A stretch of 64,000 nt of DNA from the human T2T-CHM13v2.0 reference genome, Homo sapiens, in NCBI RefSeq assembly GCF_009914755.1, contig NC_060925.1; one strand, given 5' to 3'. Position numbers and translations under genes: made by a program. This document shows positions 38,301-51,100 of the stretch, piece by piece (within the stretch, counting starts at the first letter, position 1; every line of letters starts with the position of its first letter). The notes under the pieces are model-generated. The model was not told the origin of the DNA and searched no databases. It was given only the letters and a program-made list of their open reading frames with translations.

Positions 38301-41250
38301 GAAATATCTTCGTTTCAAAACTAGACAGAATCATTCCCACAAAATGCGTTGTGATGTGTTCGTTCAACTCACAGAGTTTAACCTTTCTGTTCATAGAGCA
38401 GTTAGGAAACACTCTGTTTGTAAAGTCTGTAAGTGGATATTCTGACATCTTGTGGCCTTCGTTGGAAACGGGATTTCTTCATATTCTGCTGGACAGAAGA
38501 ATTCTCAGTAACTTCCTTGTGTTGTGTGTATTCAACTCACAGAGTTGAACGAACCTTTACACAGAGCAGACTTGAAACACTCTTTTTGTGGAATTTGCAA
38601 GTGGAGATTTCAGCCACTTTGAGGTCAATGGTAGAATAGGAAATATCTTCCTATAGAAAACAGACAGAATGATTCTCAGAAACTCCTTTGTGATGTGTGC
38701 GTTCAACTCACAGAGTTTAACGTTTCTTTTCATAGAGCAGTTAGGAAACACTCTGTTTGTAATGTCTGCAAGTGGATATTCAGACCCCTTTGAGGCCTTC
38801 GTTGGAAACGGGATTTCTTCATATTATGCTAGACAGAATAATTCTCAGTAACTTCCTTGTTTTGTGTGTATTCAACTCACAGAGTTGAACGATCCTTTAC
38901 AGAGAGCAGACTTGAAACACTCTTTTTGTGGAATTTGCAAGTGGAGATTTCAGGCGCTTTGAGGTCAATGGTAGAATAGGAAATATCTTCCTATAGAAAC
39001 TAGACAGAATGATTCTCATAAACTCCTTTGTGATGTGTGCATTCAACTCACAGAGTTTCACCTTTCTTTTCATAGAGCAGTTAGGAAACACTCTGTTTGT
39101 AAAGTCTGTAAGTGGATATTCTGACATCTTGTGGCCTTCGTTGGAAACGGGATTTCTTCATATTCTGCTAGACAGAAGAATTCTCAGTAACTTCTTGTGT
39201 TGTGTGTATTCAACTCACAGAGTTGAACGATACTTTACACAGAGCGGACTTGAAACACTCTTTTTGTGGAATTTGCAAGTGGAGATTTCAGCCGCTTTGA
39301 GGTCAATGGTACAATAGGAAATATCTTCCTATAGAAACTAGACAGAATGATTCTCATAAACTCCTTTGTGATGTGTGCATTCAACTCACAGAGTTTCACC
39401 TTTCTTTTCATAGAGCAGTTAGGAAACACTCTGTTTGTAAAGTCTGCAAGTGGATATTCAGACCTCTTGAGGCCTTCGTTGGAAACGGGATTTCTTCATA
39501 TTCTGCTAGACAGAAGAATTCTCAGTAACTTCCTTGTGTTGTGTGTATTCAACTCACAGAGTTGAACGATCCTTTACACAGAGCAGACTTGAAACACTCT
39601 TTTTGTGGAATTTGCAAGTGGAGATTTCAGCCGCTTTGAGGTCAATGGTAGAAAAGGTAACTATCTTCGTATAAAGACTAGACAGAATGATTATCAGAAA
39701 ATCCTTTGTGATGTGTGCGTTCAACTCACAGAGTTTAACTTTTCTTTTCATAGAGCAGTTAGGAAACACTCTGTTTGTAAAGTCTGCAAGTGGATATTCA
39801 GACCTCTTTGAGGCCTTCGTTGGAAACGGGATTTCTTCATATTATGCTAGACAGAAGAATTCTCAGTAACTTCCTTGTGTTGTGTGTATTCAACTCACAG
39901 AGTTGAACTTTCATTTAGAGAGAGCAGACTTGAAACACTCTTTTTGTGGAATTTGCAAGTAGAGATTTCAGCCGCTTTGAGGTCAATGGTAGAATAGGAA
40001 ATATCTTCCTATGGAAACTAGACAGAATGATTCTCATAAACTCCTTTGTGATGTGTGCGTTCAACTCACAGAGTTTAACCTTTCTTTTCATAGAGCAGTT
40101 AGGAAACACTCTGTTTGTAAAGTCTGCAAGTCGATATTCAGACCTCTTTGAGGCCTTCGTTGGAAACGGGATTTCTTCATATTCTGCTAGACAGAAGAAT
40201 TCTCAGTAACTTCCTTGTGTTGTGTGTATTCAACTCACAGTGTTCAACGATCCTTTACACAGAGCAGACTTGAAACACTCTTTTTGTGGAATTTGCAAGT
40301 GTAGATTTCAAGCGCTTTAAGGTCAATGGCAGAAAAGGAAATATCTTCGTATCAAAACTAGACAGAATCATTCCCACAAACTGCGTTGTGATGTGTTCGT
40401 TCAACTCACAGAGTTTAACCTTTCTGTTCTTAGAGCAGTTAGGAAACACTCTGTTTGTAAAGTCTGTAAGTGGATATTCTGACATCTTGTGGCCTTCGTT
40501 GGAAACGGGATTTCTTTATATTCTGCTAGACAGAAGAATTCTCAGTAACTTCCTTGTGTTGTGTGTATTCAACTCACAGAGCTGAACGATCCTTTACACA
40601 GAGCAGACTTGAAACACTCTTTTCGTGGAATTTGCAAGTGGAGATTTCAGCCGCTTTGAGGTCAATGGTAGAAAAGGAAATATCTTCGTATAAAGACTAG
40701 ACAGAATGATTCTCAGAAACTCCTTTGTGATGTGTGCGTTCAACTCACAGAGTTTAACTTTCCTTTTCATAGAGCAGTTAGGAAACACTCTGTTTGTAAA
40801 GTCTGCAAGTGGATATTCAGACCTCTTTGAGGCCTTCGTTGGAAACGGGATTTCTTCATATTATGGTAGACACAATAATTCTCAGTAACTTCCTTGTGTT
40901 GTGTGTATTCAACTCACAGAGTTGAACGATCCTTTACAGAGAGCAGACTTGAAACACTCTTTTTGTGGAATTTGCAAGTGGAGATTTCAGCCGCTTTGAG
41001 GTCAATGGTAGAATAGGAAATATCTTCCTATAGAAACTAGACAGAATGATTCTCAGAAACTCCTTTGTGATGTGTGCGTTCAACTCACAGAGTTTAACCT
41101 TTCTTTTCATAGAGCAGTTAGGAAACACTCTGTTAGTAAAGTCTGCAAGTGGATATTCAGACCTCTTTGAGGCCTGCGTTGGAAACGGGATTTCTTCATA
41201 TTCTGCTAGACAGAAGAATTCTCAGTAACTTCCTTGTGTTGTGTGTATTC
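29020..41250 (+). repeat. Tandem duplication of a 6115-bp (18-dimer) block
   Basis: Constant offset of 6115 (29044/35159, 31730/37845, 33439/39554, 34591/40706). Shared rare variants include ttcaagtcac, gagaccagat, gttgcaaacg, ggtagacacaat and gattatcag. Confidence 0.93.
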
Positions 41251-43210
41251 AACTCACAGAGTTGAACGATCCTTTACACAGAGCAGACTTGAAACACTCT
41301 TTTTGTGGAATTTGCAAGTGGAGATTTCAGCCGCTTTGAGGTCAATAGTAGAAAAGGAAATATCTTCGTAGAAAAACTAGACAGAATGATTCTCAGAAAC
41401 TCCTTTGTGATGTGTGTGTTCAACTCACAGAGTTTAACCTTTCTTTTCATAGAGCAGTTAGGAAACACTCTGTTTATAAAGTCTGCAAGTGGATATTCAG
41501 ACCCCTTTGAGGCCTTCGTTGGAAACGGGATTTCTTCATATTCTGCTAGACAGAAGAATTCTCAGTAACTTCCTTGTGTTGTGTGTATTCAACTGACAGA
41601 GTTGAACTTTCATTTAGAGAGAGCAGATTTGAAACACTGTTTTTGTGGAATTTGCAAGTGGAGATTTCAAGCGCTTTGGGGCCAAAGGCAGAAAAGGAAA
41701 TATCTTCGTATAAAAACTAGACAGAATCATTCTCAGAAACTGCTGCGTGATGTGTGCGTCCAACTCTCAGAGTTTAACTTTTCTTTTGATTCAGCGGTTT
41801 GGAAACACTCTGTTTGTAAAGTCTGCACGTGGATATTTTGACCACTTAGAGGCCTTCGTTGGAAACGGGTTTTTTTCATGTAAGGCTAGACAGAAGAATT
41901 CCCAGTAACTTCCTTGTGTTGTGTGCATTCAACTCACAGAGTTGAACGTTCCCTTAGACAGAGCAGATTTGAAACACTCTATTTGTACAATTTGCAAGTG
42001 TAGATTTCAAGCGCTTTAAGGTCAATGGCAGAAAAGGAAATATCTTCGTTTCAAAACTAGACAGAATCATTCCCACAAACTGCGTTGTGATGTGTTCGTT
42101 CAACTCACAGAGTTTAACCTTTCTGTTCATAGAGCAGTTAGGAAACACTCTGTTTGTAAAGTCTGTAAGTGGATATTCTGACATCTTGTGGCCTTCGTTG
42201 GAAACGGGATTTCTTCATATTATGCTAGACAGAAGAATTCTCAGTAACTTCGTTGTGTTGTGTGTATTCAACTCACAGAGTTGAACGATCCTTTACACAG
42301 AGCAGACTTGAAACACTCTTTTTGTGGAATTTGCAAGTGGAGATTTCAGCCGCTTTGAGGTCAAAGGTAGAAAAGGAAATATCTTCGTATAAAGACTAGA
42401 CAGAATGATTCTCAGAAACTCCTTTGTGATGTGTGCGTTCAACTCACAGAGTTTAACCATTCTTTTCATAGAGCAGTTAGGAAAAACTCTGTTTGTAAAG
42501 TCTGCAAGTCGATATTCAGACCTCCTTGAGGCCTTCGTTGGAAACGCGATTTCTTCATATTCTGCTAGACAGAAGAATTCTCAGTAACTTCCTTGTGTGG
42601 TGTGTATTCAACTCACAGAGTTGAACGATCCTTTACAGAGAGCAGACTTGAAACACACTTTTTGTGGAATTTGCAAGTGGAGATTTCAGCCGCTTTGAGG
42701 TCAACGGTAGAATAGGAAATATATTCCTATAGAAACTAGACAGAATGATTCTCAGAAACTCCTTTGTGATGTGTGCGTTCAACTCACAGAGTTTAACCTT
42801 CCTTTTCATAGAGCAGTTAGGAAACACTCTGTTTGTAAAGTCTGCAAGTGGATATTCAGACCTCTTTGAGGCCTTCGTTGGAAACGGGATTTCTTCATAT
42901 CCTGCTAGACAGAAGAATTCTCAGTAACTTCCTTGTGTTGTGTGTATTCAACTGACAGAGTTGAACTTTCATTTAGAGAGAGCAGATTTGAAACACTGTT
43001 TTTGTGGAATTTGCAAGTGGAGATTTCAAGCGCTTTGGGGCCAAAGGCAGAAAAGGAAATATCTTCGTATAAAAACTAGACAGAATCATTCTCAGAAACT
43101 GCTGCGTGATGTGTGCGTTCAACTCTCAGAGTTCAAATTTTCTTTTCATTCAGCGGTTTGGAAACACTCTGTTTGTAAAGTCTGCACGTGGATATTTTGA
43201 CCACTTAGAG

Positions 43211-43289
43211 TTTAACCTTTCTTTTCATAGAGCAGTTAGTAAACACTCTGTTTATAAAGTCTGCAAGTGGATGTTCAGACCCATTTGAG
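43211..43289 (+). repeat. 79-bp partial monomer, copy 8
   Basis: AGAG junction at 43207-43210. Private variants ggatgttc and gacccatttg. Confidence 0.92.
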
Positions 43290-46200
43290 GCCTTCGTTGG
43301 AAACGGGATTTCTTCATATTATGCTAGACAGAAGAATTCTCAGTAACTTCCTTGTGTTGTGTGTATTCAACTGACAGAGTTGAACTTTCATTTAGAGAGA
43401 GCAGATTTGAAACACTGTTTTTGTGGAATTTGCAAGTGGAGATTTCAAGCGCTTTGGGGCCAAAGGCAGAAAAGGAAATATCTTCGTATAAAAACTAGAC
43501 AGAATCATTCTCAGAAACTCCTGCGTGATGTGTGCGTCCAACTCTCAGAGTTTAACTTTTCTTTTCATTCAGCGGTTTGGAAACACTCTGTTTGTAAAGT
43601 CTGCACGTGGATATTTTGACCACTTAGAGGCCTTCGTTGGAAACGGGTTTTTTTCATGTAAGGCTAGACAGAAGAATTCACAGTAACTTCCTTGTGTTGT
43701 GTGCATTCAACTCACAGAGTTGAACGTTCCCTTAGACAGAGCAGATTTGAAACACTCTATTTGTGGAATTTGCAAGTGTAGATTTCAAGCGCTTTAAGGT
43801 CAATGGCAGAAAAGGAAATATCTTCGTTTCAAAACTAGACAGAATCATTCCCACAAACTGCGTTGTGATGTGTTCGTTCAACTCACAGAGTTTAACCTTT
43901 CTGTTCATAGAGCAGTTAGGAAACACTCTGTTTGTAAAGTCTGTAAGTGGATATTCTGACATCTTGTGGCCTTCGTTGGAAACGGGATTTCTTCATATTA
44001 TGCTAGACAGAAGAATTCTCAGTAACTTCGTTGTGTTGTGTGTATTCAACTCACAGAGTTGAACGATCCTTTACACAGAGCAGACTTGAAACACTCTTTT
44101 TGTGGAATTTGCAAGTGGAGATTTCAGCCGCTTTGAGGTCAAAGGTAGAAAAGGAAATATCTTCGTATAAAGACTAGACAGAATGATTCTCAGAAACTCC
44201 TTTGTGATGTGTGCGTTCAACTCACAGAGTTTAACCTTTCTTTTCATAGAGCAGTTAGGAAACACTCTGTTTGTAAAGTCTGCAAGTGGATATTCAGACC
44301 TCCTTGAGGCCTTCGTTGGAAACGGGATTTCTTCATATTCTGCTAGACAGAAGAATTCTCAGTAACTTCCTTGTGTTGTGTGTATTCAACTCACAGAGTT
44401 GAACGATCCTTAGACAGAGCAGACTTGAAACACTCTTTTTGTGGAATTTGCAAGTGGAGATTTCAGCCGCTTTGAGGTCAATGGTAGAATAGGAAATATC
44501 TTCCTATAGAAACTAGACAGAATGATTCTCATAAACTCCTTTGTGATGTGTGCATTCAACTCACAGAGTTTCACCTTTCTTTTCATAGAGCAGTTAGGAA
44601 ACACTCTGTTTGTAAAGTCTGCAAGTGGATATTCAGACCTCTTGAGGCCTTCGTTGGAAACGGGATTTCTTCATATTCTGCTAGACAGAAGAATTCTCAG
44701 TAACTTCCTTGTGTTGTGTGTATTCAACTCACAGAGTTGAACGATCCTTTACACAGAGCAGACTTGAAACACTCTTTTTGTGGAATTTGCAAGTGGAGAT
44801 TTCAGCCGCTTTGAGGTCAATGGTAGAAAAGGAAACTATCTTCGTATAAAGACTAGACAGAATGATTATCAGAAAATCCTTTGTGATGTGTGCGTTCAAC
44901 TCACAGAGTTTAACTTTTCTTTTCATAGAGCAGTTAGGAAACACTCTGTTTGTAAAGTCTGCAAGTGGATATTCAGACCTCTTTGAGGCCTTCGTTGGAA
45001 ACGGGATTTCTTCATATTATGCTAGACAGAAGAATTCTCAGTAACTTCCTTGTGTTGTGTGTATTCAACTCACAGAGTTGAACGATCCTTTACAGAGAGC
45101 AGACTTGAAACACTCTTTTTGTGGAATTTGCAAGTGGAGATTTCAGCCGCTTTGAGGTCAATGGTAGAATAGGAAATATCTTCCTATAGAAACTAGACAG
45201 AATGATTCTCATAAACTCCTTTGTGATGTGTGCGTTCAACTCACAGAGTTTAACCTTTCTTTTCATAGAGCAGTTAGGAAACACTCTGTTTGTAAAGTCT
45301 GCAAGTGGATATTCAGACCTCTTTGAGGCCTTCGTTGGAAACGGGATTTCTTCATATTCTGCTAGACAGAAGAATTCTCAGTAACTTCCTTGTGTTGTGT
45401 GTATTCAACTCACAGTGTTGAACGATCCTTTACACAGAGCAGACTTGAAACACTCTTTTTGTGGAATTTCCATGTGTAGATTTCAAGCGCTTTAAGGTCA
45501 ATGGCAGAAAAGGAAATATCTTCGTATCAAAACTAGACAGAATCATTCCCACAAACTGCGTTGTGATGTGTTCGTTCAACTCACAGAGTTTAACCTTTCT
45601 GTTCTTAGAGCAGTTAGGAAACACTCTGTTTGTAAAGTCTGTAAGTGGATATTCTGACATCTTGTGGCCTTCGTTGGAAACGGGATTTCTTTATATTCTG
45701 CTAGACAGAAGAATTCTCAGTAACTTCCTTGTGTTGTGTGTATTCAACTCACAGAGCTGAACGATCCTTTACACAGAGCAGACTTGAAACACTCTTTTCG
45801 TGGAATTTGCAAGTGGAGATTTCAGCCGCTTTGAGGTCAATGGTAGAAAAGGAAATATCTTCGTATAAAGACTAGACAGAATGATTCTCAGAAACTCCTT
45901 TGTGATGTGTGCGTTCAACTCACAGAGTTTAACTTTCCTTTTCATAGAGCAGTTAGGAAACACTCTGTTTGTAAAGTCTGCAAGTGGATATTCAGACCTC
46001 TTTGAGGCCTTCGTTGGAAACGGGATTTCTTCATATTATGCTAGACAGAATAATTCTCAGTAACTTCCTTGTGTTGTGTGTATTCAACTCACAGAGTTGA
46101 ACGATCCTTTACAGAGAGCAGACTTGAAACACTCTTTTTGTTGAATTTGCAAGTGGAGATTTCAGCCGCTTTGAGGTCAATGGTAGAAAAGGAAACTATC

Positions 46201-46347
46201 TTCGTATAAAGACTAGACAGAATGATTCTCAGAAAATCCTTTGTGATGTGTGCGTTCAACTCACAGAGTTTAACTTTTCTTTTCATAGAGCAGTTAGGAA
46301 ACACTCTGTTTGTAAAGTCTGCACGTGGATATTTTGACCACTTAGAG

Positions 46348-46426
46348 TTTAACCTTTCTTTTCATAGAGCAGTTAGTAAACACTCTGTTTATAAAGTCTA
46401 CAAGTGGATATTCAGACCCCTTTGTG
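46348..46426 (+). repeat. 79-bp partial monomer, copy 9, in an A/B chimeric dimer
   Basis: AGAG junction at 46344-46347. Upstream sequence is A-type until gtctgcacg (~46325). Confidence 0.92.
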
Positions 46427-46495
46427 GCCTTCGTTGGAAACGGGATTTCTTCATATTATGCTAGAAAGGAGAATTCTCAGTAACTTCCTTGTGTT

Positions 46496-47514
46496 GTGTG
46501 TATTCAACTGACAGAGTTGAACTTTCATTTAGAGAGAGCAGATTTGAAACACTGTTTTTGTGGAATTTGCAAGTGGAGATTTCAAGCGCTTTCGGGCCAA
46601 AGGCAGAAAAGGAAATATCTTCGTATAAAAACTAGACAGAATCATTCTCAGAAACTGCTGCGTGATGTGTGCGTCCAACTCTCAGAGTTTAACTTTTCTT
46701 TTCATTCAGCGGTTTGGAAACACTCTGTTTGTAAAGTCTGCACGTGGATATTTTGACCACTTAGAGGCCTTCATTGGAAACGGGTTTTTTTCATGTAAGG
46801 CTAGACAGAAGAATTCCCAGTAACTTCCTTGTGTTGTGTGCATTCAACTCACAGAGTTGAACGTTTCCTTAGACAGAGCAGAATTGAAACACTCTATTTG
46901 TGCAATTTGCAAGTGTAGATTTCAAGCGCTTTAAGATCAATGGCAGAAAAGGAAATATCTTCGTTTCAAAACTAGACAGAATCATTCCCACAAACTGCGT
47001 TGTGATGTGTTCGTTCAACTCACAGAGTTTAACCTTTCTGTTCATAGAGCAGTTAGGAAACACTCTGTTTGTAAAGTCTGTAAGTGGATATTCTGACATC
47101 TTGTGGCCTTCGTTGGAAACGGGATTTCTTCATATTCTGCTAGACAGAAGAATTCTCAGTAACTTCCTTGTGTTGTGTGCATTCAACTCACAGAGTTGAA
47201 CGATCCTTTACACAGAGCAGACTTGAAACACTCTTTTTGTGGAATTTGCAAGTGGAGATTTCTGCCGCTTTGAGGTCAATGGTAGAATAGGAAATATCTT
47301 AGTATAGAAACTAGACAGAATGATTCTCAGAAACTCCTTTGTGATGTGTGCGTTCAATTCACAGAGTTTAACCTTTCTTTTCATAGAGCAGTTAGGAAAC
47401 ACTCTGTTTATAAAGTCTGCAAGTGGATATTCAGACCCCTTTGTGGCCTTCGTTGGAAACGGGATTTCTTCATATTATGCTAGACAGAAGAATTCTCAGT
47501 AACTTCCTTGTGTT
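46496..47514 (+). repeat. Single canonical 1019-bp 6-mer HOR unit
   Basis: B-dimer markers at 46496 and 47515, with one C and one A dimer between them. Confidence 0.88.
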
Positions 47515-48189
47515 GTGTGTATTCAACTGACAGAGTTGAACTTTCATTTAGAGAGAGCAGATTTGAAACACTGTTTTTCTGGAATTTGCAAGTGGAGATT
47601 TCAAGCGCTTTGGGGCCAATGGCCGAAAAGGAAATATCTTCGTATAAAAACTAGACAGAATCATTCTCAGAAACTGCTGCGTGATGTGTGTGTTCAACTC
47701 TCAGAGTTTAACTTTTCTTTTCATTCAGCGGTTTGGAAACACTCTGTTTGTAAAGTCTGCACGTGGATATTTTGACCACTTAGAGGCCTTCGTTGGAAAC
47801 GGGTTTTTTGCATGTAAGGCTAGACAGAAGAATTCCCAGTAACTTCCTTGTGTTGTGTGCATTCAACTCACAGAGTTGAACGTTCCCTTAGACAGAGCAG
47901 ATTTGAAACACTCTATTTGTGCAATTTGCAAGTGGAGATTTCAAGCGCTTTAAGGTCAAAGGCAGAAAAGGAAATATCTTCGTTTCAAAACTAGACAGAA
48001 TCATTCCCACAAACTGCGTTGTGATGTGTTCGTTCAACTCACAGAGTTTAACCTTTCTGTTCATAGAGCAGTTAGGAAACACTCTGTTTGTAAAGTCTGT
48101 AAGTGGATATTCTGACATCTTGTGGCCTTCGTTGGAAACGGGATTTCTTCATATTATGCTAGACAGAAGAATTCTCAGTAACTTCCTTT

Positions 48190-51100
48190 TGTTGTCTGTA
48201 TTCAACTCACAGAGTTGAACGATCCTTCACACAGAGCAGACTTGAAACACTCTTTTTGTGGAATTTGCAAGTGGAGATTTCAGCCGCTTTGAGGTCAATG
48301 GTACAAAAGGAAATATCTTCGTATAAAGACTAGACAGAATGATTCCCAGAAACTCCTTTGTGATGTGTGCGTTCAACTCACAGAGTTTAACTTTTCTTTT
48401 CATAGAGCAGTTAGGAAACACTCTGTTTGTAAAGTCTGCAAGTGGATATTCAGACTTCTTTGAGGCCTTCGTTGGAAACGGGATTTCTTCATATTCTGCT
48501 AGACAGAAGAATTCTCAGTAACTTCCTTGTGTTGTGTGTATTCAACTCACAGAGTTGAACGATCCTTTACAGAGAGCAGACTTGAAACACTCTTTTTGTG
48601 GAATTTGCAAGTGGAGATTTCAGCCGCTTTGAGGTCAATGGTAGAATAGGAAATATCTTCCTATAGAAACTAGACAGAATGATTCTCAGAAAGTCCTTTG
48701 TGATGTGTGCGTTCAACTCACAGAGTTTAACCTTTCTTTTCATAGAGCAGTTAGGAAACACTCTGTGTGTAAAGTCTGCAAGTGGATATTCAGACCTCCT
48801 TGAGGCCTTCGTTGGAAACGGGATTTCTTCATATTCTGCTAGACAGAAGAATTCTCAGTAACTTCCTTGTGTTGTGTGTATTCAACTCACAGAGTTGAAC
48901 GATCCTTTACACAGAGCAGACTTGAAACACTCTTTTTGTGGAATTTGCAAGTGGAGATTTCAGCCGCTTTAAGGTCAATGGTAGAAAAGGAAATATCTTC
49001 GTAGAAAAACTAGACAGAATGATTCTCAGAAACTCCTTTGTGATGTGTGTGTTCAACTCACAGAGTTTAACCTTTCTTTTCATAGAGCAGTTAGGAAACA
49101 CTCTGTTTGTAAAGTCTGCAAGTGGATATTCAGACCTCCTAGAGGCCTTCGTTGGAAACGGGATTTCTTCATATTCTGCTAGACAGAAGAATTCTCAGTA
49201 ACTTCCGTGTGTTGAGTGTATTCAACTCAGAGAGTTGAACGATCCTTTACAGAGAGCAGACTTGAAACACTCTTTTTGTGGAATTTGCAAGTGGAGATTT
49301 CATCCGCTTTGAGGTCAATGGTAGAAAAGGAAATATCTTCCTATAGAAACTAGACAGAATGATTCTCAGAAACTCCTTTGTGATGTGTGCGTTCAACTCA
49401 CAGAGTTTAACTTTTCTTTTCATAGAGCAGTTAGGAAACACTCTGTTTGTAAAGTCTACAAGTGGATATTCAGACCTCTGTGAGGCCCTCGTTGGAAACG
49501 GGATTTCTTCATATTATGCTAGACAGAAGAATTCTCAGTAACTTCCTTGTGTTGTGTGTATTCAACTCACAGAGTTGAACGATCCTTTACACAGAGCAGA
49601 CTTGAAACACTCTTTTTGTGGAATTTGCAAGTGGAGATTTCAGCCACTTTGAGGTCAATGGTAGAAAAGGAAATATCTTCGTAGAAAAACTAGACAGAAT
49701 GATTCTCAGAAACTCCTTTGTGATGTGTGTGTTCAACTCACAGAGTTTAACCTTTCTTTTCATAGAGCAGTTAGTAAACACTCTGTTTATAAAGTCTGCA
49801 AGTGGATATTCAGACCCCTTTGAGGCCTTCGTTGGAAACGGGATTTCTTCATATTATGCTAGACAGAAGAATTCTCAGTAACTTCCTTGTGTTGTGTGTA
49901 TTCAACTCACAGAGTTGAACGATCCTTTACACAGAGCAGACTTGAAACACACTTTTTGTGGAATTGGCAAGTGGAGATTTCAGCCGCTTTGAGGTCAATG
50001 GTAGAAAAGGAAATATCTTCGTATAAAGACTAGACAGAATGATTCTCAGAAACTCCTTTGTGATGTGTGTGTTCAACTCACAGAGTTTAACCTTTCTTTT
50101 CATAGAGCAGTTAGGAAACACTCTGTTTGTAAAGTCTGCAAGTGGATATTCAGACCTCCTAGAGGCCTTCGTTGGAAACGGGATTTCTTCATATTCTGCT
50201 AGACACAAGAATTCTCAGTAACTTCCTTGTGTTGTGTGTATTCAACTCAGAGAGTTGAACGATCCTTTACAGAGAGCAGACTTGAAACACTCTTTTTGTG
50301 GAATTTGCAAGTGGAGATTTCATCCGCTTTGTGGTCAATGGTAGAAAAGGAAACATCTTCGTATAAAGACTAGACAGAATGATTCTCAGAAACTCCTTTG
50401 TGATGTGTGCGTTCAACTCACAGAGTTTAACTTTTCTTTTCATAGAGCAGTTAGGAAACACTCTGTTTGTAAAGTCTACAAGTGGATATTCACACCTCTT
50501 TGAGGCCCTCGTTGGAAACGGGATTTCTTCATATTATGCTAGACAGAAGAATTCTCAGTAACATCCTTGTGTTGTGTGTATTCAACTCACAGAGTTGAAC
50601 GATCCTTTACTCAGAGCAGACTTGAAACACTCTTTTTGTGGAATTTGCAAGTGGAGATTTCAGCCGATTTGAGGTCAATGGTAGAAAAGGAAATATCTTC
50701 GTAGAAAAACTAGACAGAATGATTCTCAGAAACTCCTTTGTGATGTGTGTGTTCAACTAACAGAGTTTAACTTTTCTTTTCATAGAGCAGTTAGGAAACA
50801 CTCTGTTTGTAATGTCTGCAAGTGGATATTCAGACCTCTTTGAGGCCTTCGTTGGAAAAGGGATTTCTTCATATTATGCTAGACAGAATAATTCTCAGTA
50901 ACTTCCTTGTGTTGTGTGTATTCAACTCACAGAGTTGAACGATCCTTTACAGAGAGCAGACTTGAAACACTCTTTTTGTGGAATTTGCAAGTGGAGATTT
51001 CAGCCGCTTTGAGGTCAATGGTACAATAGGAAATATCTTCCTATAGAAAATAGACAGAATGATTCTCATAAACTCCTTTGTGATGTGTGCGTTCAACTCA

